From assembly GCA_035602495.1 (NCBI GenBank), contig DATNMT010000510.1, positions 1 through 43,559 on the forward strand: a DNA stretch of 43,559 nt. Direction: 5' to 3'. This document shows, piece by piece, positions 17,182 to 26,628 of this stretch (its first letter is position 1; every line of letters begins with the position of its first letter). The translations under genes and the position numbers were made by a program. The DNA is from Bradyrhizobium sp. Its GTDB lineage: Bacteria; Pseudomonadota; Alphaproteobacteria; Rhizobiales; Xanthobacteraceae. The notes under the pieces are model-generated. The model made no database searches, was not told the DNA's origin, and saw only the letters and a list, made by a program, of their open reading frames with translations.

Positions 17182-17754
17182 ATGAAACATCCGTCAACCC
17201 GCGCATTCTACGCCTATTGGGACGAAAAGCGCGCTGGCGCGCGGGCGCCGGACCGCAGCGAGATCGAACCCAGCGCGGTGCGCGCGCTGCTCGGCGACAT
17301 CTTCGTATTGTCCTATGACGCCGCATCCGGCTATCCGTTTCGCGTCGCCGGCACCCGCGTCTGCGCGCTGCTCGGCCGCGATCTCAAGGACCGGAGCTTT
17401 GCCGCGCTGTTCTCCGGCGACGCCCGTCGCGAGATCGAGCAGATCATCGCCGTCGTCGCCGAGGAAATGCTGGCGGCCGTCGCCGGCATCACCGCAACCT
17501 CGCATGATGGATCAGTGGCGCATCTGGAATTGCTGCTGTTGCCGTTCAACGCCCGCGCCCACGCGCCGATCAGCCTGACCGGACTGCTGGCGCCGTTCGA
17601 AAGCGAACTCGGCCTGCTGGCCGATTTCAAGGTGACGTCGTGGCGCTATCTCGAACAGCCCCGCGAGAGGCTGGTTCCTCGCGCGCTGCGGAAACTCAGG
17701 GTCGCGCGCGGCTTCATGGTCTATGAAGGCCTCGGCCAGGACACGCCGCGATAA
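17182..17754 (+). CDS. PAS-domain protein (PAS_5/DUF1457-like)
   Basis: MKHPS...YAYWDEKR...APDRSEIEP...FRVAGTRVCALLGRDLK...LELLLLP. Confidence 0.85.
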   Translation: MKHPSTRAFYAYWDEKRAGARAPDRSEIEPSAVRALLGDIFVLSYDAASGYPFRVAGTRVCALLGRDLKDRSFAALFSGDARREIEQIIAVVAEEMLAAVAGITATSHDGSVAHLELLLLPFNARAHAPISLTGLLAPFESELGLLADFKVTSWRYLEQPRERLVPRALRKLRVARGFMVYEGLGQDTPR

Positions 17755-17980
17755 CATCGAATGCCGGCCGCGGCGTTCGATCGATGCGGCTTCGGGTACC
17801 CTGCCAACCCTTCATTCAACGCCGCTGCCCGCGCCGATCTGCGGCGACAGCAAGACAATCCCGTGACCACAGCTTTTTTAATTGTCTCGGCCAGGTAGCA
17901 TTCTTCTGGTTTTCCCTGTGTGGTAGCATATACTTTTGACGCCGCGGCGAGTGCCTGCGCGGCATCGAAGGGGTGATGCT

Positions 17981-19522
17981 ATGGCCTCAACACGCAAGAA
18001 TGTCTGGGAGCTGGGCGGCGACTGGGCCGACCCGATCCTCTGGTACGCGCGCGGCGTCAACGCCATGAAATCACGCGCCCTGAGCGAACCGACGGCATGG
18101 CGGTTCTACGGCGCCATCCACGGGATCGATCAGGGGCTGTGGCAGCAGCTCGGCTATCTGGATCCGCAGGAGCCGATGCCGAGCAGCGCCAATATCAATA
18201 ACTTCTGGAATCAATGCCAGCACGGCAGCTGGTATTTCCTGCCCTGGCACCGCGGCTACCTGATCGCCCTCGAAGCGGTGGTGCGGGACGCGGTGGTGAA
18301 GGCCGGCGGCCCCGCCGACTGGACGCTGCCCTACTGGAATTACCTCAAGCCGGGCCAGAACGCGCTGCCACCCGCTTTCGCGTCCGCGGACTGGCCGGAC
18401 GGAACCGGCAACAACCCGCTGTTTGTCCCGCAGCGCTATGGGCCGAACAGCGATGGCAACGTCTTCGTGCCGGTGGACCAGATCAACCTGAACGCACTCG
18501 GCGATCCCGACTTCACCGGAGACGCCAACGGCGGCAGCCCCGGCTTTGGCGGCGTCAACACCGGCTTCAGCCACGGCGGCCAGGTCCATGGCGGTATCGA
18601 GACCCAGCCGCACGACTGGGTGCACGGCCTGGTCGGCGGCGGCGACCCGCAATCGAACTTGCCGGGGCTGATGTCCGATCCCGATACGGCGGCGCTCGAT
18701 CCGATCTTCTGGCTGCACCACGCCAATATCGACCGGCTGTGGGAGGTCTGGCGCGAGAACCCGACCACGCATGTCAATCCGGTCGACCCGAACTGGATCA
18801 ATGGACCGGCGGCCGTCGGGCAGCACGCCTTCATGCTGCCGATGCCCGGCGGGGTCACTTTCACCTACACCCCCGGCCAGATGGTTGATCTTTCCACCCT
18901 TGGTTACACCTATGATGATCTGTCGCCGCCAGCCGGCACGCCGCAAGTGGCCTCGCGGCTGCGGCGGCTCGGGATGAACGCGACGATGGCGAGCGCGGTC
19001 GCGGGGAGGTTGGCCATGCCTGGACCCAAGACGGTTGAATTGCTCGGCGCAAGCACGGGAAGCCTCAGCGTCACCGGCACGGATGCGAGGGCCTCGGTGG
19101 CGCTCGACAGCTCGGTGCAGCGCAAGGTATCGGCGAGCCTGCAATCGGCCGCCGCCGGCGCGGCGCCGGCCCTGCCCGATCGCATCTTCCTGAATCTTGA
19201 AAATGTCCGCGGCCTCAACGACGCGACCGCCTTCGCCGTCTACATCAACGTGCCCGATGGCGAGGATCCGGCGAAATTTCCCGACCATCTGGCGGGAAGC
19301 ATCGCGCTGTTCGGCGTGCGCAAGGCGACCATGGCCGACGCCACGCATGCCGGCAACGGCCTCACCCTCGTGCTGGAGATCACCCACGTCATCGACACCC
19401 TGCATCTGGCCGGCGCGTTGAACACCGACCAGCTTCACGTCCGGCTGGTGCCGACCAGACCGGTGCCGGAGGCGGCGCAAATCAGCATCGGCCGCATCAG
19501 CATATTCCGGCAGAGCAACTGA
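17981..19522 (+). CDS. Tyrosinase/polyphenol oxidase (type-3 copper) with C-terminal beta-sandwich domain
   Basis: CuA motifs AIHG, CQHG and FLPWHR. CuB motifs PHDWVHG and DPIFWLHHANIDRLW. LPYWNY and GYTY motifs. About 150-aa C-terminal extension. No signal peptide. Confidence 0.93.
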   Translation: MASTRKNVWELGGDWADPILWYARGVNAMKSRALSEPTAWRFYGAIHGIDQGLWQQLGYLDPQEPMPSSANINNFWNQCQHGSWYFLPWHRGYLIALEAVVRDAVVKAGGPADWTLPYWNYLKPGQNALPPAFASADWPDGTGNNPLFVPQRYGPNSDGNVFVPVDQINLNALGDPDFTGDANGGSPGFGGVNTGFSHGGQVHGGIETQPHDWVHGLVGGGDPQSNLPGLMSDPDTAALDPIFWLHHANIDRLWEVWRENPTTHVNPVDPNWINGPAAVGQHAFMLPMPGGVTFTYTPGQMVDLSTLGYTYDDLSPPAGTPQVASRLRRLGMNATMASAVAGRLAMPGPKTVELLGASTGSLSVTGTDARASVALDSSVQRKVSASLQSAAAGAAPALPDRIFLNLENVRGLNDATAFAVYINVPDGEDPAKFPDHLAGSIALFGVRKATMADATHAGNGLTLVLEITHVIDTLHLAGALNTDQLHVRLVPTRPVPEAAQISIGRISIFRQSN

Positions 19523-19534
19523 CGGAGCCGCTCG

Positions 19535-20314
19535 ATGTGGGCCGCAGCGCGCCGGTTCGAAGCCTGGTTCGTCATCCCCGCCGTGATCGGGCTGTTCGGC
19601 TGGTCGATGCTGGCGCTCGACGCGGGCGGCCTGACGCCACCGGCCTTTTGTGCCAGTGGAACGTCGTGGCTGGAGCTGTCATCGCTCAACCATGCGCTCG
19701 CCTTCAACTCGCCGGCCAAACTCGCCGCGGACTGGGCGCTGATGGTCGCCGCCATGATGTCGCCGCTGCTGTTTACGCCGCTTCGGCATGCTTGCGACCG
19801 CAGCTTCGCGCGGCGACGTACGCGGGCGACGCTGCTTTTCGTCTCCGGCTATGCGGCGGCCTGGATGATGGCGGGCATTTTACTGCAGGCCATAGCGCTC
19901 ACCGCGCTGTGGGCGATGCCGGCACCCGCGATCGGCCTCGGACTCGTGGCCGCCGCCGCGATGGGGTGGCAGGTCTCGCCCGCCAAGCAATGGTGCCTGA
20001 ACCGCTGCCATCGCCGGCCGCGGCTTGCCGCGTTCGGTGTCGCGGCGGATGTTGACGCTGCAACCTTCGGGCTGACCAACGGCGCCGCCTGCGTGGGGAC
20101 ATGCTGGGCGCTGATGTTGCTGATGCTCCTGATGGGAAGCGGCCACTTTGCGGCGATGATCGCCGTGACGCTGTTCGTGTTTGTCGAGCGGCTCGAAAAC
20201 CCCGCCCCGCTCGCCTGGCGCCTCCGCGGCGCCGGCAAGGCGCTGCGTATCGTCACGGCGCAGGCGCGTATGCGACTGGCGCCACGGCGCTCATTCGAGG
20301 AAGCCTTGCCATGA
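19535..20314 (+). CDS. DUF2182-like predicted metal-binding integral membrane protein
   Basis: Motifs WALMVAAMMSP, WQVSPAKQWCLNRCH and GAACVGTCWALM. Multiple TM segments. GGAG RBS 12 nt after the tyrosinase stop. Confidence 0.8.
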   Translation: MWAAARRFEAWFVIPAVIGLFGWSMLALDAGGLTPPAFCASGTSWLELSSLNHALAFNSPAKLAADWALMVAAMMSPLLFTPLRHACDRSFARRRTRATLLFVSGYAAAWMMAGILLQAIALTALWAMPAPAIGLGLVAAAAMGWQVSPAKQWCLNRCHRRPRLAAFGVAADVDAATFGLTNGAACVGTCWALMLLMLLMGSGHFAAMIAVTLFVFVERLENPAPLAWRLRGAGKALRIVTAQARMRLAPRRSFEEALP

Positions 20315-20937
20315 AGCTCGGAATTCCGGTTTACCAGGGCGTCAATCTCCTCGACGTCGCCGGCCCGCTCGAGATGTTCTCGAGGGCGGCCGAGAGTAAC
20401 GATCTGCAGCCGGTGCTGGTTTCTTCCGACGGCGGCCCCGTGACCTCCATGAACGGCGTCCGTTTCGAGGCACAGGCGAGTTTTGCCCAGACCCCGGCGC
20501 TCGACGTGCTGTGGGTTCCCGGTGGAAGCCCCACTGCGCTCGAAACGATCATGAGGGATCCAAATTCGCCGTACCTGCAATACATCAAGCAGGTCGCGGC
20601 CGGCGCGCAATGGGTTTGCTCGATGTGCGAAGGCGCGATGCTGCTGGCGCGCGCCGGCCTGCTCGACGGCCACGCCGCGACCACGCACTGGGCCTTCGTC
20701 AAATGCCTGCAAAGCTTTCCCGCCATCACGGTCGACACCACCCATCAGCGTTTTGTCGTTTCAGGCAACCGGCTGACCGGCGGCGGCATCTCCTCGGGCC
20801 TGGACGAGGCGCTGGAACTCATTCTCCTGCTATTCGGCGAGGACAGCGCCAAGGAGGTCCAGGTCTTCACCCAGTATTTCCCGAAACCTCCCGTCATGGG
20901 TGAGATCCCGCCGACACCGGACTGTTTCATCAAGTGA
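20311..20937 (+). CDS. DJ-1/PfpI family protein (isonitrile hydratase-like subgroup)
   Basis: ATGA overlap with the upstream stop. Motifs LDVAGPLEMF, LWVPGG, CSMCEGA nucleophile, ATTHW and TGGGISSGLD. Confidence 0.9.
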   Translation: MKLGIPVYQGVNLLDVAGPLEMFSRAAESNDLQPVLVSSDGGPVTSMNGVRFEAQASFAQTPALDVLWVPGGSPTALETIMRDPNSPYLQYIKQVAAGAQWVCSMCEGAMLLARAGLLDGHAATTHWAFVKCLQSFPAITVDTTHQRFVVSGNRLTGGGISSGLDEALELILLLFGEDSAKEVQVFTQYFPKPPVMGEIPPTPDCFIK

Positions 20938-21082
20938 TGATGAGCTGAGTCCGGATCACTCCGCCAATCTGGACAGGCCGCGATGCCAATGCGCGGCGCG
21001 CGCCATCGAACCGGCGCGCGCGATTGACAGGCGCATCGCGGCATCTCAGGTTGCGCCGCGAGGTTATGCGGAGGCTTAAGGT

Positions 21083-22246
21083 TTGCGCAATCGCTGGTTT
21101 ATTCTTGCCGTTCTGTTCGTGGTTCGCCTCACCATGGCCTTCCAGTTTCAAAGCGTCGCCGCGGTCGCGCCGTTGCTGGGCCGCGACTTCGGCGTCAGCC
21201 TCGCTGATATCGGAATCCTGATCGGCCTGTATTTCACGCCGGGCATCGCGCTGGCGCTGCCCGGCGGCGCGATCGGGCAATGGTTCGGCGACAAGCAGAC
21301 GGTGCTGATCGCGCTGGCGCTGATGCTGGCCGGCAGCCTTGCGATGGCGCTGTCGGATTCGTGGACCGTGCAGATCGCAGGACGATTGGTCGGCGGCGCC
21401 GGCGGCGTTCTGCTCAATGTGCAGATGACAAAAATGGTCGCCGACTGGTTTGCCGGCCGTGAGATCGCCACCGCGATGGCGATCTTCGTCAATTCATGGC
21501 CGGCTGGCGTTGCGATTGCGCTGTTGACGCTGCCGCTGATCGGCACCGCCCACGGGGTGAGCGCGGTGTACCTCGCGGTCGCGGCGCTGATCGGGCTGGG
21601 CTTTGTGCTTCTTGCCGCCGGATACCGGACGCCGGCGAATGCCGCGACCGCGGCCGCGACATCCGCGCGGCTCGATCGCAACGCCGCGTTCGCCGTGATC
21701 GTGGCGGGCCTGATCTGGGGCCTCTACAATGTCGGCTTCGCGATGATCTTCTCGTTCGGGCCAACGATGCTGGTCGAACGCGGCTGGTCGATCTCGGCGG
21801 CGGGATCGGTGATCAGCATCGTGTTATGGCTGGCGGTGGTTTCGGTGCCGCTCGGCGGCATTTTCGCCGACCGCACCGGGCGGCCCGAGTTCGTTCTGGT
21901 CGCCGGTTGCATTGTATTCGCGCTTTTGATGATCGCGCTGCCCCGCAGCAGTGCGGCGGTGCTGACGGTGATAGCGCTCGGATTGATCAGCGGCCAGCCG
22001 GCCGGACCGATCCTGAGCCTGCCCGCGCGCGTGCTGAAGCCCGAGACCCGCGCCATCGGCATGGGCATTTTCTACACCCTCTATTACGCCACCATGATGC
22101 TCGGGCCCGCCGTCGGCGGCGCCTGCGCCAAATGGACCGGCAGCGCGGCAGCGGCCTTCGACTTCGGCGCGGTGGTGCTATTGGCGTGCCCGGTGCTGCT
22201 GTGGGGGTTCAATCGGATACCGGTGGCGATTCCCCGCCCAGAGTGA
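21083..22246 (+). CDS. MFS transporter (CynX/NarK-like)
   Basis: About 12 TM helices and a GGIFADRTGR motif-A-like loop. GGAGG RBS before the TTG start. Confidence 0.88.
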   Translation: MRNRWFILAVLFVVRLTMAFQFQSVAAVAPLLGRDFGVSLADIGILIGLYFTPGIALALPGGAIGQWFGDKQTVLIALALMLAGSLAMALSDSWTVQIAGRLVGGAGGVLLNVQMTKMVADWFAGREIATAMAIFVNSWPAGVAIALLTLPLIGTAHGVSAVYLAVAALIGLGFVLLAAGYRTPANAATAAATSARLDRNAAFAVIVAGLIWGLYNVGFAMIFSFGPTMLVERGWSISAAGSVISIVLWLAVVSVPLGGIFADRTGRPEFVLVAGCIVFALLMIALPRSSAAVLTVIALGLISGQPAGPILSLPARVLKPETRAIGMGIFYTLYYATMMLGPAVGGACAKWTGSAAAAFDFGAVVLLACPVLLWGFNRIPVAIPRPE

Positions 22247-22271
22247 CTGCCCACACTTGACGCAACCGCCG

Positions 22272-22286
22272 CTAACGGCTCGTTAA
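22272..22286. promoter_or_regulatory. Near-consensus CtrA box upstream of the PilZ gene
   Basis: CTAA-CGGCTCG-TTAA. Confidence 0.45.
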
Positions 22287-22342
22287 CCTTGTCCGCCGTA
22301 GGGTCTCTATGACACCGAAATGCCGGTTGTCGGGTGGCGAAG

Positions 22343-22957
22343 ATGGCGTTGTCGCACAAAAAAACGATCCTTCCGGCCGCCGAGGAGCGCCGGCGCTTTC
22401 AGCGGGTGAAGGTGCATCTGCTCGGCCGCTACATGCTGCCCGACCGGCGCGAGTTTCCCTGCCAGATCATCAATATGTCGCCGGGGGGGCTGGCGCTGCT
22501 GGCGCCCGGCATCGGCAATGTCGGCGACCGCGTGATCGCCTATCTCGACCATATCGGCCGGGTCGAGGGCAAGATCACCCGCATCATCGACAACGGCTTT
22601 GCCATGAGCGTGGGCGCCACCGCCCGGAAGCGCGACAAGCTCGCCGCGCAGCTGACCTGGCTCGCCAACCGCGACATCCTCAACCTGCCGGAAGACCGCC
22701 GCCACGACCGCATCATCCCGCGCAATCCGATCTCGCTCTTGACGCTCGAGGACGGCACCAAGATGACCTGCCGGATCATCGACATGTCGCTGTCGGGCGC
22801 CGCGATTGCCGCGGAAAACCGCCCGCCGCTGAAATCGCTGGTCATGCTCGGCAAGGTGCAGGCCCGCGTGGTGCGAAACCTCGAGGAAGGTTTTGCGCTG
22901 GAGTTCGTCCACGAGCAGACGGTCGAAACGCTCGAAGACAGCGTTACCGCGCGGTAA
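22343..22957 (+). CDS. Tandem PilZ-domain protein (c-di-GMP effector candidate)
   Basis: ERRRFQR...NMSPGG and DRRHDR...DMSLSG (RxxxR plus D/NxSxxG, twice). Confidence 0.9.
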   Translation: MALSHKKTILPAAEERRRFQRVKVHLLGRYMLPDRREFPCQIINMSPGGLALLAPGIGNVGDRVIAYLDHIGRVEGKITRIIDNGFAMSVGATARKRDKLAAQLTWLANRDILNLPEDRRHDRIIPRNPISLLTLEDGTKMTCRIIDMSLSGAAIAAENRPPLKSLVMLGKVQARVVRNLEEGFALEFVHEQTVETLEDSVTAR

Positions 22958-23288
22958 AGCCAAACCGCCCGCAATTCCCCCCTTTTCCGAAGCCTGAAGG
23001 CGGTGTCCGCATTGCCGGATGCCGCCTTCGCGCGTTTGGCGCGGGCCGCACATCGGTTAACGCGGCCCGGCTTTGCGCCACAAACCGCCGGGATTGCAGA
23101 GCGCAGCGTCTTAATACGTAAAATTTGAATCAATTGCAGTTGTTTCAAATGATAATCGAATTTTATTCAAGTATAGTTCGATCTGTCGGCAGTTTTTACT
23201 TGTATTCGTCTCAATTTTACTTGGCTCGCTTAGCAGCCGCGAAAAAACTTTGTGCGAAACGTGGTCCCAACAAGAAGCGGGGGCCACA

Positions 23289-23915
23289 ATGTTTGGGTTC
23301 AGGGGACAGGGAACAGGAATGGCGGTCGTCGCCGTCCTGATGGCGTTGAATGCGCCGGCGGGTGCCGGTGACGAACGAACGCTTTACGCCAGCCTCGGCG
23401 ACGTCACGCGCCCGCCGATCGGCTGGGTCGAATTCTGCGCCGAAAATCCCGGCGAATGCCGCGGCGGCGCGTCACAGCCGCGCGACATCGTGATGTCGCA
23501 GACGGCGTGGCGCGATCTGCTGCGCGTCAACAAGTGGGTCAACGAGTCCGTCAAGCCGATGACCGACATGGATCATTGGGGCGTGATCGAGAAATGGTCG
23601 TTGCCATCAGACGGCTACGGCGACTGCGAGGACTACGTGCTGTTGAAGCGCAAGATGCTGATGGACGCCGGCTGGCCGCGCGAGGCGCTGCTGATCACGG
23701 TGGTGCGCGACAAGAAGGGCGAAGGCCACGCGGTGCTGACCGTGAAGACCGACAAGGGCGAGTTCATTCTCGACAACCAGAACGAAACCGTCGTGGCCTG
23801 GACCGAGACCGGATACCGCTTCGTCAAGCGGCAGTCGCAGGGCGACCCCAATGTGTGGGTCGCGCTCGGCGACAGCCGCCCGGCGGTTTCCACCGCCAGC
23901 GCCCGCGATCACTAA
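23289..23915 (+). CDS. Transglutaminase-like cysteine peptidase (BTLCP/LapG family), exported
   Basis: Signal peptide. Cys-His-Asp triad motifs GDCEDY, GHAVL and ILDN. Confidence 0.9.
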   Translation: MFGFRGQGTGMAVVAVLMALNAPAGAGDERTLYASLGDVTRPPIGWVEFCAENPGECRGGASQPRDIVMSQTAWRDLLRVNKWVNESVKPMTDMDHWGVIEKWSLPSDGYGDCEDYVLLKRKMLMDAGWPREALLITVVRDKKGEGHAVLTVKTDKGEFILDNQNETVVAWTETGYRFVKRQSQGDPNVWVALGDSRPAVSTASARDH

Positions 23916-23980
23916 CGACTTAACGGAGACACGCGACCCGGTCACATCCCCACCCCTCCCCGTCCCAGACCGGATCGCGC

Positions 23981-24019
23981 GCGGCCAGCCCTCCCCCAAG
24001 GGCTGGCCGCAACTTTTTT
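23981..24019 (+). terminator. Intrinsic terminator (possibly bidirectional) preceded by a C-rich-loop hairpin
   Basis: GCGGCCAGCCC-loop-GGGCTGGCCGC followed by AACTTTTTT. Confidence 0.75.
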
Positions 24020-24066
24020 GGACCGACTAAATGCGCTCCGCGGAAAATTCGACGGCCGCCTTCAGG

Positions 24067-26304
24067 TTATGGAGGTGACCGCGCGGCACCGCGGCGAACC
24101 GCCCGCTCCAGGAATGCTTCCAGCGCCGCGATGCATTCGCGATCGCGGTAGACGCGATGCTTGTTGCCGGCGATCCGAGCCGACAACTCGCTCCGGCGCG
24201 CGGCGTCGCGGCCCAGTGCGCCCGCGATCGAGACGTATTCGTCGATCGTTTGCGCGGTGGTCTCGCGGATGTCCATCATCTGAAGAAGGGCGGCGGTGTG
24301 CCGTCCCCGCATCATCTCGCCGGCGAGCGTCACGACCGGGAGATCGTGCACCAGGCTCTCCAGGATCGAGTTGCAGCCGGACCAGCCAATGCTGTCCAGC
24401 ACGATATCGCACTGGCCGATCGCCGCGACAAAACGATCCGGGGTCAATCGCGGCAGGAACACGCAGCGGTCGCCGGCGTCGAGCCCGGCCGCCCGGAAGG
24501 CGCGGTCGAGCCTGTCGCGAAACATCGCAGTGACGCCGCTGCCGCCGCCGAATTCGATGAAGGTGAACTGACAGCCGGGGACTTCGGCGGCGATGCGGGC
24601 AAAGACCTCGTCGAATTGCGGCAGGTATTTTGGCAAGGATTGACAACACCAAAAGGCGACTGCGCCCGCACGTAGCCCGAGTTGTGCGCGGTCCATCGGC
24701 GGCAGCAAAACGTCCGACGGCTCGTAATAGATCGAAAGGTTCGGCAACCGGACGAGCTGCTCGGTATAGTGATCCTCGGCGCCCGCCGGTTCCATGAGAT
24801 CGCTGCTGATGAAATGGTCGATGGTCGGAAAGCCGCTGGTGACCGGGTGCCCCCAGGAAGCGCATTGCATGGCCGCGAGCCGCTGCGCCGCCAGTTGCGC
24901 CGATACCTTGTCCATGCCGATTTCGGGAAAGATCAGGACATGCGGCGCGTCGTCCAGGATCGTGCGCCGCCACGCATCCAGCGACAGCGGGCCCTGCACG
25001 AAACGTTCGCACAACGCCGCCGCCACATCGGTCTCGGCGTCCCGCTCGGTGCCGGTATGATAGCCGGATACACGAAACCGGGTCCGGTCGAGCCCGCTGA
25101 GCCAACCCTTGACTGGAATCTTCCAGTTCGAGTGCCGCCGGAAAAATCCGCTGACGATGCCGAGCCTGATCGGCTCGCCCGGGCCGGGGGATTTCGGCAG
25201 CCGCGGCGCGGCGTATCTGGCCGCCATGATCTTGCAGGCCAGCGCGCCGTAGATGGCCTGAAGTTCGCGGTCGTTGCGGCCCTGATAGGGCAGATAGAAC
25301 GGCTGATGCGAACCGATCGCCTCGGCAAGGCTCGCGGCAACGCCGGCGCTTTCGACATCCGAGGCCAGTTGCCTCAGCCGGCTTGCATAAGCCTGCCGCC
25401 GCTCGGCGATCTCGGATTCGTCCCGGTAAAGCGCCGGAAGCTCCGCCATGCAGAGCGCAAGCTCCGCCTCCAGGAAATCCGGCTTGAGCGCCAACGCCCG
25501 GGCGAAATGCGTGCGCGCATCCGCAATCCGTGTTTCGCCGCGCAGCGCCACGCCGCAATTATAATGCGCCATGAAAAAGTTCGGATCGATCCCGAGCGCC
25601 GCCTCGTATTGCACGATCGCCTCGTCGCGGCGGCCGAGACCGCGCAGGATATTGCCGAGATTGTTGCGCAGCCCGGCGCTGTCCGGCCGCAGCGCCACCG
25701 CGCGCTCGGCATGCGCGAGCGCCTCCGGCAGCCGATCCAGCCCCTGAAGCAGCAAGGCCAGATGGAGACGAGCGTCGACAAAATCCGGGCGCAGCGAGAT
25801 CGCGCTTCGATAATGCTGCTCGGCATCCGCGGTGTTGCCGGCGAGTTCGAACACGGACGCGAGATTGAAATGCGCCACCGGAGAATCCGGCATGCTCCTC
25901 AGGATCAGTTCGAACTGCGCCAGCGCCTCGTTGAAGCGGCCCAACGACCGCAATCCCCGTGCAAGATTGTTGCGGGCCTCGTGATAGCCGGGATTGAGCG
26001 CCACCGCCCGTTCGAAGCAGGACAAGGCTTCCGCGAACAGTCCATTGGCGGCGAGGATCGCGCCCCTGTCATTGTGCGCCTCGGCGTAATCCGGCGCGAG
26101 GGTGACCGCCCGGCCGACCAGCGACGCCGCCTCAGGTCGTCCGAGCTGATGCGCGACCACGCCGAGCAGATGGAAGGCGCGTGCATTGCCGGGATCGGCA
26201 TCGCAGACCAGCCGGTAAAGCCGCTCCGCTTCGGCGAGGTGGCCAGCGCGATGCTGCGCCGTCGCAGCTGCGAGCATCTGTTCCGAACGGGCCCCGGCAT
26301 TCAT
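24067..26304 (-). CDS. TPR-repeat protein with GT41 glycosyltransferase domain (WGHPVTSG subtype)
   Basis: About 8 TPRs, then IRLGIVSGFFRRHS, FPEIGMD, WGHPVTSG, CQSLPKYLP, LDSIGWSGCNS and LPVVT...MRGR. Confidence 0.87.
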   Translation of the reverse strand: MNAGARSEQMLAAATAQHRAGHLAEAERLYRLVCDADPGNARAFHLLGVVAHQLGRPEAASLVGRAVTLAPDYAEAHNDRGAILAANGLFAEALSCFERAVALNPGYHEARNNLARGLRSLGRFNEALAQFELILRSMPDSPVAHFNLASVFELAGNTADAEQHYRSAISLRPDFVDARLHLALLLQGLDRLPEALAHAERAVALRPDSAGLRNNLGNILRGLGRRDEAIVQYEAALGIDPNFFMAHYNCGVALRGETRIADARTHFARALALKPDFLEAELALCMAELPALYRDESEIAERRQAYASRLRQLASDVESAGVAASLAEAIGSHQPFYLPYQGRNDRELQAIYGALACKIMAARYAAPRLPKSPGPGEPIRLGIVSGFFRRHSNWKIPVKGWLSGLDRTRFRVSGYHTGTERDAETDVAAALCERFVQGPLSLDAWRRTILDDAPHVLIFPEIGMDKVSAQLAAQRLAAMQCASWGHPVTSGFPTIDHFISSDLMEPAGAEDHYTEQLVRLPNLSIYYEPSDVLLPPMDRAQLGLRAGAVAFWCCQSLPKYLPQFDEVFARIAAEVPGCQFTFIEFGGGSGVTAMFRDRLDRAFRAAGLDAGDRCVFLPRLTPDRFVAAIGQCDIVLDSIGWSGCNSILESLVHDLPVVTLAGEMMRGRHTAALLQMMDIRETTAQTIDEYVSIAGALGRDAARRSELSARIAGNKHRVYRDRECIAALEAFLERAVRRGAARSPP

Positions 26305-26322
26305 GACGATGATTGGCGGCCG

Positions 26323-26616
26323 TCAGTCGCAGGACCGATAGCGCCCCAGCCCCAGGTCGATTTCGCAGGGACTGCCATAGACCCAGACCGGCTGATCGCA
26401 GGGCAGCGCGCGCGTCGCCCGATAGGGCGTATTGCAGGCGATGTTGTTGGCCGGATGCAGGACGAGCGTCGGGCCGCCATAGGGCGCGACCGGTTGCTCC
26501 TGAACTGGCGCGCGCGCGTGGCGATGATGCCTCGAGGCCTTGGAGGCATCGGCCCACCCAGGGCCGGTGCCAAATGCCAGGATGGAGGCGAGCGCAATAA
26601 CGGTTCGCATCAACAT
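26323..26616 (-). CDS. Small secreted 4-Cys protein
   Basis: Signal peptide (...GPGWA-D), His/Arg patch and 4 Cys. AGGGGA RBS. Tightly packed between the two GT41 genes. Confidence 0.7.
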   Translation of the reverse strand: MLMRTVIALASILAFGTGPGWADASKASRHHRHARAPVQEQPVAPYGGPTLVLHPANNIACNTPYRATRALPCDQPVWVYGSPCEIDLGLGRYRSCD

Positions 26617-26628
26617 GACTGCTGTCCC

